Source: Euryarchaeota archaeon UBA58
Lineage (GTDB): Archaea; Thermoplasmatota; Poseidoniia; Poseidoniales; Thalassarchaeaceae
Length of the DNA stretch: 64,000 nucleotides
Direction: 5' to 3'
Assembly (NCBI GenBank): GCA_002498525.1
Contig: DAHR01000013.1
Coordinates: 43,748-107,747 of the forward strand
Positions 18,228-27,222 of the stretch are shown here, in pieces. The position numbers and the translations under genes were made by a program. How positions within the stretch are numbered: the first letter of the stretch is position 1; every line of letters starts with the position of its first letter. The notes beneath the pieces are model-generated. The model made no database searches, was not told the DNA's origin, and worked only from the letters and a program-made list of their open reading frames with translations.

Positions 18228-19295
18228 TCAGGCGGAGGTCATTTCTGGGATCTGCAGCCTCGCCCAACTTCTCTCACCCTCGGCGGTGAGGACTCGCCGC
18301 GTTCGCAGCCCCTTCCTTTCGCGGCTGATCAGGCCTTGGGTTTCGAGCCGGCGCAGGTGGTGGCTGATGAGCTGCTGGCTCGTCTTCAGATTGGCTGCGA
18401 GTTCTCGCTGGGTTGGTGAGGTTGCATCGGGTGCTTGTTCGGCGATGGATTTGAGGATCATCAAAGCGACATCGCTGAGTTGGTTGACATCGACCGGTCG
18501 GGGTAATCGAGAGAGTTCTGCCTCGCGATTGACTCGGTCGGTGTAGTAGCGCAGAAGTCGGCCGTCTCTGCGGCACCAGACCTTGCCGTCATGCTCAAGG
18601 ATCCTCAGGTGATGGACGGCCTGATGATTGCCGAGTTCGAGGGCGCGAATCATGCCCGATAGATGACAGCCGGGGTGCGCGGTCAGGAATCCAGTGATTC
18701 GACCTCGCTGGTAATTGCCTGCAAGGGTTCCGGGGCCTTCAACGACAGAGAGGTCGGAGAAGCGCCCTAGCGAGGCTGTCACACGGGCGCGGGTCGGTTC
18801 GTCAACGCTGGCGACGAGGGCGAAGGTGAGGAGCAAGGTGGCGAAGAAGGCAGCGAGAGGAGCCATCATATTGCTGGGCAGAGCGAGGCTAGGCAAAGCC
18901 AGTCCCGAGTCATTTGGTTCGCCATTCTCACCGTTATTCGCGCCTTCACTTCCAGAGCCATCAACCGGTTCAGGCTCCCCTCCAGACATCGTGAGGAAAG
19001 TCTCAGAATCGATGGTCCAGGTATTCGCATCGACATCCGTCATCGTCACTAGAACGCTCGCTCCTGAGATAGGATGAAGGGTCACCCCAGGAATCGGCTC
19101 AGCATAGAAGAAACCACCATCATCAGCCTCTAGACACCAACGTCCGTCGGCATCTTTCATCCAAATGGCCTCGGCTGAAAATTGACCTTCCTTGGCCGCA
19201 ATCGGAGTCGAAATAGCAGCCAGAAGGACGAGGCACAGACCGCTCACCAGCGCCGCCCGAGAAGCAATCCTCATTCGCTTCACGCCTCCCTTCAC
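18228..19295 (-). CDS. Membrane-tethered transcription regulator: signal peptide + extracytoplasmic domain + TM + two cytoplasmic winged-helix (ArsR/MarR-like) domains
   Basis: Signal-like N-terminus (LCLVLLAAISTPIAAKEG), an extracytoplasmic segment of about 100 aa and a TM helix (LAAFFATLLLTFALVASV). wHTH-1: ITGFLTAHPGCHLSGMIRALELGNHQAVHHLRILEHDGKV. wHTH-2: TQRELAANLKTSQQLISHHLRRLETQGLISRERKG. Confidence 0.7.
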   Translation of the reverse strand: MKGGVKRMRIASRAALVSGLCLVLLAAISTPIAAKEGQFSAEAIWMKDADGRWCLEADDGGFFYAEPIPGVTLHPISGASVLVTMTDVDANTWTIDSETFLTMSGGEPEPVDGSGSEGANNGENGEPNDSGLALPSLALPSNMMAPLAAFFATLLLTFALVASVDEPTRARVTASLGRFSDLSVVEGPGTLAGNYQRGRITGFLTAHPGCHLSGMIRALELGNHQAVHHLRILEHDGKVWCRRDGRLLRYYTDRVNREAELSRLPRPVDVNQLSDVALMILKSIAEQAPDATSPTQRELAANLKTSQQLISHHLRRLETQGLISRERKGLRTRRVLTAEGERSWARLQIPEMTSA

Positions 19296-19364
19296 GTGCT
19301 GATGAGAGCCTCGTGAGCGGTATAAGACGCGTGGGGTGTCGTGTTTGTCAAGGCGAGAAATGGT

Positions 19365-19964
19365 TCATTCTTCCTCATCGAGGAGGTTCTGCCACCATTT
19401 CGCAGCGGGGATGACGATCGCTAGGCCCAGAAGGGCAGCAGCCGTGAAAGTGGTCCAAGTCAGAGAATCACGCATCGTTTCGCCATAGATTCCCAACAAT
19501 GCTCCCGGAATGCCGAATCGCAAGCCACGTCCAACGAGACCAGCGGCGACGAAGAGACGAAGATCCATGCGGCCAGCACCGGCAATCCAAGCCAGCGCCT
19601 TGTATGGAATCGGCGACACGGCGGCGATGAAGATACCAGTCACGCCATAACGCTCGACGAGGATGTTGAGGCGTGCAGTCGTCGCTGTCGAGACGAAGCG
19701 CTCGAGCACGAATCCACCTCCGTAGACCCCAATTGCATATCCTCCCAATGCCCCGATGACACTCGAAAGAGTTGCGATGAGAACGATCAGAACAACTGTG
19801 AGTCCGTCGTCAGCGCCCAGAATCATGTTCCAAACCAGCGGGTCTGGCGGAACGGGTTGCAGTGCCGCCTCGCTGGCGGATACCAGAGCGAGACCGAGGT
19901 AGCCCAGTCCATCGGCCCAATCGTGGACCGAATCGATCATCTCCTGCGGGATGAGACTGGTCAT
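19365..19964 (-). CDS. DedA/VTT-family membrane protein
   Basis: Only the C-terminal 199 aa of track ORF 19365..20279 look like protein (multi-TM; VERYGVTGIFIAAVSPIPYKALAWIAGAGRM resembles the DedA core). The longer N-terminus is Arg/Ser/Pro-rich and overlaps the Nob1-like gene antisense, so the start is placed at the internal ATG 19964. Confidence 0.6.
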   Translation of the reverse strand: MTSLIPQEMIDSVHDWADGLGYLGLALVSASEAALQPVPPDPLVWNMILGADDGLTVVLIVLIATLSSVIGALGGYAIGVYGGGFVLERFVSTATTARLNILVERYGVTGIFIAAVSPIPYKALAWIAGAGRMDLRLFVAAGLVGRGLRFGIPGALLGIYGETMRDSLTWTTFTAAALLGLAIVIPAAKWWQNLLDEEE

Positions 19965-20064
19965 GCTCCAACGTGCGAGGGAATCGAGATGAACGTTGCC
20001 GCCCGCGGCTAGCCTGAATTCAGCAACCCGACCCCTGATATGAGAGCCACTCTTAGGCCGGCTC

Positions 20065-20562
20065 ATGGCTGATGTTCTGGTACTCGATACCGCCGCACTC
20101 ATCGGCTGGCCTCTGCAGCAACTGGCCGGCGGGCTGGTCGTTGCTGCCCAAGAAGAGGAATTGCAGCGCATCTCTCCGGATCGCGGAGCGATCCTCAACA
20201 GCCTCGGGGTCGTATTCTCAGAACCCTCAGCAGAATCTCTAGAGCAGGCAGGCGCAGCAGCGAAGGAGACCGGCGACATGGCCGGCTTGTCGAATATCGA
20301 CCTCGCTCTCCTCGCGCTTTCACTTGAGAGGTCGGCGACCCTCGTGACAGACGATTACAGAATGCAGAACATCGCCGCAGCACTTGGAATCGAATGGAAT
20401 CCAATCGCGGCCGTCGGCATCGTCGAAAACTGGAGATGGGCCCTGAAATGCGTCGGCTGCGGCGCTACCCAAAGCCCACCAGACCAACCGAGCAGGCGCC
20501 GAGGTGAGCACGGAAACTGTGTGAATTGCGGCACAGAATTACGCCTGCGAAGAGTTCGCTGA
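20065..20562 (+). CDS. nob1: Nob1-like PIN-domain endonuclease with C-terminal zinc ribbon (20S pre-rRNA D-site nuclease homologue)
   Basis: PIN-like N-terminus (VLVLDTAALIG ... LVTDDYRMQN) followed by CVGCG...CVNCG. The size (165 aa) is typical of archaeal Nob1. Confidence 0.7.
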   Translation: MADVLVLDTAALIGWPLQQLAGGLVVAAQEEELQRISPDRGAILNSLGVVFSEPSAESLEQAGAAAKETGDMAGLSNIDLALLALSLERSATLVTDDYRMQNIAAALGIEWNPIAAVGIVENWRWALKCVGCGATQSPPDQPSRRRGEHGNCVNCGTELRLRRVR

Positions 20563-20585
20563 ATCAACTACATAGTCGAGTAGAA

Positions 20586-20795
20586 TCACTCGCTCTCATC
20601 AGCGACTGCTTCTGTCATACCGCCGCGATCCATGTCGGATTCGGAGCTCGAATCTGAAAGCCCTTCCTGCAGTCCCTGTTGGAACTCACCCTTCGCGCGG
20701 CCGACATTTCGAGCCAATTCGGGAATCTTCTTCGCGCCGAAGACGAAAATCGCTAAAATGACCAGAATCGCTATCTCAGTGGTGCCGAATGCCAT
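20586..20795 (-). CDS. tatA: Twin-arginine translocase subunit TatA/E
   Basis: MAFGTTEIAILVILAIFVFGAKKIPELARNVGRAKGEFQQG is the canonical TatA TM helix + hinge + amphipathic helix. Acidic tail. Start placed at the internal ATG 20795. Confidence 0.8.
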   Translation of the reverse strand: MAFGTTEIAILVILAIFVFGAKKIPELARNVGRAKGEFQQGLQEGLSDSSSESDMDRGGMTEAVADESE

Positions 20796-20925
20796 GGTGC
20801 TCGGCTCTCGCTGATGCACCCTTCACTCAAATGCTTCGGCATGCCAAAGCCCGAGAAGTTCGAAACTCGTGGCAAGAGAGCAAGTGGGTGAGGGCAGATT
20901 CACGTCTCCCGGCGGAGCCGTGAGG

Positions 20926-21156
20926 TCAGCCACCGGACATAGGTGGAAGGAAAGCGACTTCCGAGGCGTCGCGCAGCGGCGCGTCGAGGTCCGCTCCGAT
21001 CTCTCCATCAACAGCGATTCGCAGACCTGTTGCTAGCAGGGGCTCGAAATGGAATCTCTCAATCAGATCGCGAGCACTGGAACCATGCATCAATGCGACC
21101 TCGATCTCACGCTCGCCGAGTTTCTCCGCCAACGGTCCGAAGAACAGCATCTTCAC
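20926..21156 (-). CDS. MoaD/ThiS-family beta-grasp ubiquitin-like protein ending in Gly-Gly (SAMP-like)
   Basis: (V)KMLFFGPLAEKLGEREIEV...EVAFLPPMSGG* shows MoaD-like N-terminal and C-terminal signatures. The upstream part of track ORF 20926..21507 overlaps the HAD gene antisense. Start is GTG 21156 or ATG 21150. Confidence 0.65.
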   Translation of the reverse strand: MKMLFFGPLAEKLGEREIEVALMHGSSARDLIERFHFEPLLATGLRIAVDGEIGADLDAPLRDASEVAFLPPMSGG

Positions 21157-21309
21157 CTTGATGGCGAACTCACTCAAGTCCTCTTCGGGCATGCTCAACC
21201 CACAGAGCAGCCCTCCATCAAGCCACCTGCGGTCGACCCGCCACGCGAAGTCGAAACTGTCTCTGCCCTTCGCAGGGTCTAAACGCACTGCACTGAGCCA
21301 CACGGAGAT

Positions 21310-21984
21310 ATGACCGAGGTCAGAGCCGTCGCCTTCGATTGCGATGGAGTGCTGGCTGACAATGACTCGTCGTGGCAGAACATCCACGAACTCTTCGGCA
21401 CGGATAACAGTGAGATGCTGGCCCGATTTCTGCGCAAGGAGGTCACAGATGAGGAGTTCGTCGCAGATGATATCAGAATGTGGCGAGCCGTACAGGAGAA
21501 TATCCACCGTGACGATATCATGCGCTGTTATTCAGGTGTCAAACTGATGCCAGGGGCCCGCGAGGTTGTACAAGAATTGCAAGCGAGGGGGATTCTCGTG
21601 GCAATCGTCTCATCGGGAGTAGATTTGCTGGTCGGTTCGATTGCACACATGCTCAAAGTCGACGACTGGGTTGCGAACGGCTTCGAATGGGATGAGGATG
21701 GCTGGATGACTGGGCCCAAGCCGACTCTGGTGGATTCACACGATAAGGGGGCGATGGTCGCTAAGCTCGCGCGCATCAACGGCTTCGAGGCCGCGACCAT
21801 CGTCTCGGTCGGTGATTCGGGACCCGATCTCTCGATGATGATTCCAGGGTCGCGCTTCGTCGGCTTCAATCCAGCGCGCGACCGCGCAGCGGGAGATTTT
21901 GAAAAAGCGGGTGTACCAGTGGTCGAAAGTCGCGATCTGCGAGACATCTGGGAGCCGATCTTCGGCGAACACTTCCCAGAATGA
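21310..21984 (+). CDS. HAD-superfamily hydrolase, phosphoserine-phosphatase-like (HAD-IB)
   Basis: Motif I FDCDGVL, motif II VSSG, motif III/IV K...VGDSGPD. 224 aa. Confidence 0.7.
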   Translation: MTEVRAVAFDCDGVLADNDSSWQNIHELFGTDNSEMLARFLRKEVTDEEFVADDIRMWRAVQENIHRDDIMRCYSGVKLMPGAREVVQELQARGILVAIVSSGVDLLVGSIAHMLKVDDWVANGFEWDEDGWMTGPKPTLVDSHDKGAMVAKLARINGFEAATIVSVGDSGPDLSMMIPGSRFVGFNPARDRAAGDFEKAGVPVVESRDLRDIWEPIFGEHFPE

Positions 21985-22108
21985 ACCACAGCGAACACGG
22001 ATACGCAGAGGCGGAATGCCCTGTTCGTGAGCAGCCGCCACAATGACTGCGACGCTGTTTCCAATTTTACCCTGCACGAGCTCTGTGTTCTCGATGGTTC
22101 GAATTCCA

Positions 22109-23731
22109 TCAGGCGAAGGGGATTGATGCTGTAGCGTGTGTGTGTAAATTGACTATGGTGAGGATGCAAGGCTTCGGCTGGAATCCCAGCATCCTCTGAT
22201 AATCGGTCTGATTTTGCCAAGTCGAACTGTGAACCAGAGTCGTGCCCTTGTGATTGCCGACGAAGTGACCATGCACATGACCGGTGACGAAGATGTCCGG
22301 AATCTGGCTGATCACCATCCGGTCCTCGGGCTCGGGCGAAAGCGGGGTCTTGCCGCCCCACGAAGGAGCGAGATGCCGACGCTCGAGCATCGCTTTCATC
22401 GCCATCTCAGGCTTCGAATAAGTGATCGATCGCAAACCGGCGACGAAGTCGTCGATGCTCTTACCGTGATACGAGAGGATGCGGACTCCGTGCAGAGAGA
22501 ACTCGCAGGGATTACCAACGAAAACGGTGTCCGAATAATCCTGCTGAATCTCCGGATCAAGCGCTGGCTGAGGCTCGGCGGGACGGACGGCGTCGTGGTT
22601 GCCGGGGAGGATTATGACGTCCACCCAATCGGGTAAACCTTCGAGCAATAGAGCCAATTCACCGTATTGATTAAACAGATCCGTGATCGCCAGATGCCGT
22701 TCTTGACCAGGATAGATTCCCACCCCATCGACCCCATCGCCACTCAGAACGAAGTACTTCACCGTCTTTGCCAGAGGCTCTGTGCTGAACCACTCGATCA
22801 TCTTCTCCCACTGCGGCCGAAGGAAGGTTTTCGAGCCGACGTGCATGTCCGAGAGGAAGGCCGCAGAGACCGCTTCGTCTGCGCTTGCTGAGGCTTTGGA
22901 ATGCTGGGTCAGCGGTGGTAGATGTATGTCATTGACGAGGAACAGCGGGCTTCTCTGTCCGAGCAGGAAATGCCCGCTGATGCCGACCACATCGTCATTC
23001 ATCAAGCCATCCAGAGCGGGGTGCAATGGTGCGGCTCCGGCAGGTGGTTTGAGCGAGCAGGCGATGTTCTGGGTCTCGTCTTCGATGACGAAACTGAGAT
23101 TGCCTGCTCGCGACCATCGAGGATCTGAGACCAATCCAACAAGGGTCACCTCGTACTCCCTCGATGTGTGTCGCTGTCTGTTGCGCCACGCCTCAACGAT
23201 GCTGATAGGACGGCGTGGCAGGGCTCGACCGGCGAGCATCATTCTACGGATCTGCTCGAGCCGGTCGGAGAAGAATGCCTTCATGTCCGACATCTTGCCC
23301 TCTGTCTTCGAAGAGCCGGTGATGTCGAAATGGATCTCGATCTCGGAATCGACATCACGGGCCAGCATCGGGAAGTCGTCGAGGCGGAAGTGTTCAAGCC
23401 CGTGCGGTCGCGGAGCCGGTGAAGGCTGGCTCGAGCCGACTGGCGCGAGGGTTCGACCGATGACTTGGCCGGACTCTGGCCGCGCCAGAGTCGCTTGTAG
23501 CGAGGCGACTCTGGGGGCTTCCGCCTTGATCGTCGCCTCGGTTGGGACGATCGCGAGAAGCTCGTCGATCGTCCGACTGGTGAGCATGACGGTGTTCGAG
23601 GCCGAAGCGGCCTCGATCAACGGCATCAGATTCGGCAGCGTCTGAAGCTTCTCCTGTGCGTCATCACCCAGCACCAGAAGACCCGCCGCAGCGAGTGTAC
23701 GGTGCTTGGCTGACCAGTCCTCTGCCGACAT
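22109..23731 (-). CDS. DNA polymerase D (Pol II) small subunit DP1
   Basis: 540 aa. OB-like middle region and a C-terminal calcineurin-like phosphoesterase core (FLSDMHVGS, SGDGVDG, ILPGNHD, TGHVH). This architecture is typical of archaeal PolD DP1. Confidence 0.85.
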   Translation of the reverse strand: MSAEDWSAKHRTLAAAGLLVLGDDAQEKLQTLPNLMPLIEAASASNTVMLTSRTIDELLAIVPTEATIKAEAPRVASLQATLARPESGQVIGRTLAPVGSSQPSPAPRPHGLEHFRLDDFPMLARDVDSEIEIHFDITGSSKTEGKMSDMKAFFSDRLEQIRRMMLAGRALPRRPISIVEAWRNRQRHTSREYEVTLVGLVSDPRWSRAGNLSFVIEDETQNIACSLKPPAGAAPLHPALDGLMNDDVVGISGHFLLGQRSPLFLVNDIHLPPLTQHSKASASADEAVSAAFLSDMHVGSKTFLRPQWEKMIEWFSTEPLAKTVKYFVLSGDGVDGVGIYPGQERHLAITDLFNQYGELALLLEGLPDWVDVIILPGNHDAVRPAEPQPALDPEIQQDYSDTVFVGNPCEFSLHGVRILSYHGKSIDDFVAGLRSITYSKPEMAMKAMLERRHLAPSWGGKTPLSPEPEDRMVISQIPDIFVTGHVHGHFVGNHKGTTLVHSSTWQNQTDYQRMLGFQPKPCILTIVNLHTHATASIPFA

Positions 23732-23804
23732 CCATCAGAGGTCAGTCCATACCGCTCATGATGATATCGCACAGACCTGCTCATCGAGCCGATTCCCGCG
23801 CCCT

Positions 23805-24506
23805 TCATTCATCCCAATCAGTCAGGGAAGCGAGATCGACCTTCTGGATCTCTTCGGCCACGGTTTTGGTCTCATTCGGCGCCCATGTCAGGCTACCCTC
23901 CCATTGCTCGGACTTCGGGTCCATGTGCGAGGTGTCGAGCTCGGGGGGTGCTTCGGAGCGATTCTCGACCGCTGCCAATCTCGCTTCGTCGGCCTGAACC
24001 CGATCCAGCGCTTCCAGCGCGAGTCGCAGAGCGAATGCTACGAATGTGCGTTTGTTGTCGAGGCGATCGTTCTCACCGAAGTCGCGTCTGCGTACGATGA
24101 ATTGAGCGCCAGCCGTAACGGCGACGTGGACCAGTCCGACCTCTTTGGTCGCCGTCGCGCCTCCGGGACCGGCGATGCCCGTGATGGCGATCGATACCAG
24201 GGCATCGGAGCGATGCCGCGCTCCGCGCGCCATCTGCAGAGCCACCTGGTGAGAGACAGCGCCAGCCTCGCCGCTGTCGAAGGCGCTCCTCTCGACGCCC
24301 AATTCGCGCATCTTGGCGTCGTTGTTGTAGACGACCCAACCCTGCTCGAACCAGTTGCTGGCCCCTGAGATGTCAGTGAAGGTCGAGGCGAGCAGTCCGC
24401 CGGTGCAGGATTCCGCTGTGACGATGCTCCAGCCGCGCTTTCGCAGGCGTCTGCTCAGCCTCGAAGCGAGGGCAGCAATCTCTTCGACCACGTCTCCCTC
24501 TCCCAT
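23805..24506 (-). CDS. CinA C-terminal-domain protein (NMN amidohydrolase PncC-like) with about 70-aa C-terminal extension
   Basis: SIVTAESCTGGLLASTFTDISGAS...WVVYNNDAKMRELGV...ITGIAGPGG matches CinA/PncC signatures. Confidence 0.75.
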   Translation of the reverse strand: MGEGDVVEEIAALASRLSRRLRKRGWSIVTAESCTGGLLASTFTDISGASNWFEQGWVVYNNDAKMRELGVERSAFDSGEAGAVSHQVALQMARGARHRSDALVSIAITGIAGPGGATATKEVGLVHVAVTAGAQFIVRRRDFGENDRLDNKRTFVAFALRLALEALDRVQADEARLAAVENRSEAPPELDTSHMDPKSEQWEGSLTWAPNETKTVAEEIQKVDLASLTDWDE

Positions 24507-24650
24507 ACGGCCCTTCTTGACTGTTTCACCTCTCCCGGACGGAATGGAAACACCCGACTGTGGAGGAGTCTTTTACCGAACTCTGCGACCCTGCCAGCCG
24601 TATTGTTCATTGAGGGATGCTGTCCAGCCAGTGAATGAGGACTTGGGGGG

Positions 24651-24887
24651 ATGACCGTTGAACCACACATTCTCGACGTCCGCGGCGACAAATGCCCCAT
24701 TCCAATCAAGAAACTGCGGGATACCATCCGTGAGACTCCCGAGGGCTCGAAGATCCACCTTCTGACCGACGACCTCGAGAGTCGACACGATGTTCCGGCG
24801 CTGCTGCGCCGACTCAAAATGCCTCCAGCTCTAATGATCGAAGCCGAGGTAGGAATAATCTTCAAAATCGAAAACCAAAAACTCTGA
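24651..24887 (+). CDS. TusA/SirA-like sulfur-carrier protein
   Basis: 78 aa with the LDVRGDKCPIPIKKLRDTI motif (conserved Cys-Pro of TusA). Confidence 0.7.
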   Translation: MTVEPHILDVRGDKCPIPIKKLRDTIRETPEGSKIHLLTDDLESRHDVPALLRRLKMPPALMIEAEVGIIFKIENQKL

Positions 24888-24965
24888 CAGGATTTTCGAA
24901 TCAAAGGTTCCTCAATCTAGGACCGACCAAACCCTCGAAGATTGACATTGATGACATTCGTGGAT

Positions 24966-25041
24966 TGGTGGGCCCGGCAGGAATTGAACCTGCGATCTTC
25001 GCTTTGTAAAAGCGACGTCATAACCCCTAGACCACGGGCCC
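24966..25041 (-). tRNA. tRNA-Val (anticodon UAC), CCA encoded
   Basis: Reverse complement is GGGCCCGTGGTCTAGGGGTTATGACGTCGCTTTTACAAAGCGAAGATCGCAGGTTCAATTCCTGCCGGGCCCACCA. Anticodon stem TCGCT/AGCGA with loop TTTACAA. Confidence 0.93.
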
Positions 25042-25108
25042 TCGATGAGAACGCGGGCGCGACGCGTTCAAATGATTGGTGGTGGAATCTCCTCGCCGCG
25101 GTGAAGTG

Positions 25109-26101
25109 ATGAACCCCATGGACGACCTCCTCGAGCGCCTCTCCAACGCAGGTGTTCCGCTCGACGATTCGGTGGCTGAAGCAATGTCTGAAGTCTTCAT
25201 CGGATCCTTCACAGACTTCGATCTCGAGATGTTCTGGCACGACAGACCCGTACCCTTCCTTGTCACCACGAATGACGCCGCCAAAACCATCTCCGCCCCA
25301 CACATGGTCGCCACTCTTCTGCACCACCTCGAGATTCGCTCGGGCCAGCATGTGCTGCTGATCGGGGCGAAGGGTGGATATCTCGCTGCGCTGATCGATT
25401 ATCTAGTTGGGCCCAGCGGTATGGTGACTGTTGTCGAGCCGCACACGCAGGTGCTCGAGTACACTGCGGAGAGGCTCGAATACCATGATTGCAAGGGTGT
25501 GATTCGAGTGCTGCCTGTCGCTGCACTCGACGACGCTGATGAGATGCGGCGCACTGTGGACAGGGTCTTAATCACCGGCGCAGTGCGTGAGATTCCAGAC
25601 TCGGTCGCGGTTATGGTTGACGAGGGAGGTTTCGTTCTGGGACCTTTCGGAGGGCCGATTCAACAGCAGTTGCTGAAGCGAGAGCGACAAGGCAACGAAT
25701 GGCTCGACACCGAACTCGGCAGCGTCATCTTCGGACCGATGGATCTGTCAGATGCCGAGCGCGGACCACTGGACCCACATGTACTGGCTGAACACATCGA
25801 AGACGCGCTGGCGATGATTGTCGACTTGATGGAAATCGATGAGGAGACGGTTGTTCGGATCAAGGAATTGGTCGAATCTCTGCGCGAGATGCCAGCGGAT
25901 ATTCCGCCTCTCGATGAAGAGGCGAGCGAGGACGACATCAGCGAGCACCCAGTCATCGAACTGCTGATGGCGGAAATGGAATGGCTCGAGCCGATGTGGC
26001 CGCTATTCGGCCAACTGCTCTCCATCGATATCGAATCGCCGGGTGATTGGGACGAGGATGATCCACCCATGGTCGGCGGCCACGAAGATCTCGTTCCTTG
26101 A
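25109..26101 (+). CDS. Protein-L-isoaspartate O-methyltransferase-like domain with long acidic C-terminal extension
   Basis: ISAPHMVATLLHHLEIRSGQHVLLIGAKGGYLAALIDYLVGPSGMVTVVE resembles the PCMT N-terminal and SAM-binding region. The C-terminal ~120 aa are Asp/Glu-rich. Start could also be 25076. Confidence 0.6.
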   Translation: MNPMDDLLERLSNAGVPLDDSVAEAMSEVFIGSFTDFDLEMFWHDRPVPFLVTTNDAAKTISAPHMVATLLHHLEIRSGQHVLLIGAKGGYLAALIDYLVGPSGMVTVVEPHTQVLEYTAERLEYHDCKGVIRVLPVAALDDADEMRRTVDRVLITGAVREIPDSVAVMVDEGGFVLGPFGGPIQQQLLKRERQGNEWLDTELGSVIFGPMDLSDAERGPLDPHVLAEHIEDALAMIVDLMEIDEETVVRIKELVESLREMPADIPPLDEEASEDDISEHPVIELLMAEMEWLEPMWPLFGQLLSIDIESPGDWDEDDPPMVGGHEDLVP

Positions 26102-26147
26102 TTGGCGAAGCGGAGTCTTCATCGCAGCCTCGCCGGTGGCCGGTTCG

Positions 26148-27176
26148 ATGACTGTTCGAGGCGCGTTGGCCAAGCTCAACCATCGCGACGTGCGACAGCG
26201 TCGCAGAGCTGTTCGTCACCTCTTCGAGATGGACGATGCTGAGGCGTTGCAGGGTTTCGTTGGACTTCTCGAAGATTCGGATCCGTGGTTCCGCGAGAAG
26301 GCGATGGATGCTGTGAAGCGCTGGGCTGCCAGCAAGGATCTGGCGCTGTTCGAGCGGCTGGCGAGTTCGGGCGAGCGTCAGAAACGCCTGCTGGCTGCCT
26401 CGATCTCTGGGCGCGCGGGGCGCGCTGGCGAGGCGATTCTGGCAGGACTCTGCGCTGATTCGGATGAGGCGATCCGACTCGCCGCCTGGGAGGCTCGATT
26501 GCTTGCTGCCGAGACTCCCGATAGACTGATCAAAGAGGCACTCGATTCTCATGACAGAGCGATTCGCAGAGCCGCCGCACACCGATTCAGTGTATCTTCG
26601 GGGTTCGATTCGGGCTTGTTATCTCGTATCTTGCAGGACGAGAACGTGGGTGTTCGACAGATTGGGATCAGAATTCTCGAGACCCATCCCGAGGTAACAG
26701 AATCCGGCGATTACGATTCACGTCTGGCCAAACTCGCAGACATGGCATCTGCTGAGGCCAAGGCGAGGATCGCAGCGGTTCTGATTTGTCGTGCGACGAG
26801 CAAGACGCTGCCGACTGCCACACTGCTCGACTGGGTTGGCGACGAAGATCCGCGCTTCATCACCCCCTTCGCCCGCACTCTGCGTGGAATCGATTGGTGG
26901 GACATCTCAGGAATGCCCGACGCTCTCACCAGCGATTCATCCGACAATCTCGCAGCGCGCCTCCTGCGAGGCGCACGGCACGAATCGACAACAATAATCC
27001 GTGAGTCGCTCCTGACCGATTCGACTCGCTCCCCCGAACTCAGAAGCCGACTCATCGAGGACATGATCGGCAGGCCGGTCAGCGAATCCAGCCGAACAAT
27101 CATCGAATCACTCGTCGAGAACCCGGACCAGCAGATCGCTGCTTCAGCAGCGAATCTGCTCGCCGAACTCGATTGA
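26148..27176 (+). CDS. HEAT/ARM-repeat protein
   Basis: Repeated D..VR..A...L helical hairpins (HRDVRQRRRAVRHLF, DSDPWFREKAMDAV, DSDEAIRLAAWEA, SHDRAIRRAAAH, DENVGVRQIGIRIL). Start moved to ATG 26148 to avoid overlap with the upstream gene. Confidence 0.6.
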   Translation: MTVRGALAKLNHRDVRQRRRAVRHLFEMDDAEALQGFVGLLEDSDPWFREKAMDAVKRWAASKDLALFERLASSGERQKRLLAASISGRAGRAGEAILAGLCADSDEAIRLAAWEARLLAAETPDRLIKEALDSHDRAIRRAAAHRFSVSSGFDSGLLSRILQDENVGVRQIGIRILETHPEVTESGDYDSRLAKLADMASAEAKARIAAVLICRATSKTLPTATLLDWVGDEDPRFITPFARTLRGIDWWDISGMPDALTSDSSDNLAARLLRGARHESTTIIRESLLTDSTRSPELRSRLIEDMIGRPVSESSRTIIESLVENPDQQIAASAANLLAELD

Positions 27177-27222
27177 GCAGCAGCGAATTCGACCCGATTC
27201 TTCTGAATCTCTTCAATGTGGA

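Noticed and set aside
19965-20279. N-terminal 105-aa extension of the DedA-like ORF
   Set aside because: The extension is Ser/Arg/Pro/Ala-rich and overlaps the Nob1-like gene on the opposite strand by more than 200 nt. An internal ATG at 19964 gives a normal-length DedA protein and a clean 100-nt divergent intergenic region.
21528-22361. 277-aa minus-strand ORF spanning the HAD gene and the PolD small-subunit 3' end
   Set aside because: It is antisense to a well-supported HAD hydrolase and out of frame with the PolD DP1 C-terminus. Its composition is Ser/Arg/Pro-rich with no motif.
22109-23805. Replication origin next to the PolD small-subunit gene (as in Pyrococcus)
   Set aside because: No cdc6/orc1 gene, no long AT-rich intergenic region and no ORB-like repeat set is adjacent. 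The flanking gaps are under 110 nt.
25953-26582. 209-aa minus-strand ORF; similar shadows at 38558..39175, 26711..27226, 22782..23645, 23706..24368 and 59832..60452
   Set aside because: All are antisense to ORFs with strong family motifs (HEAT/PCMT, ETF, PolD, CinA, secreted protein). They are GC-rich shadow ORFs.
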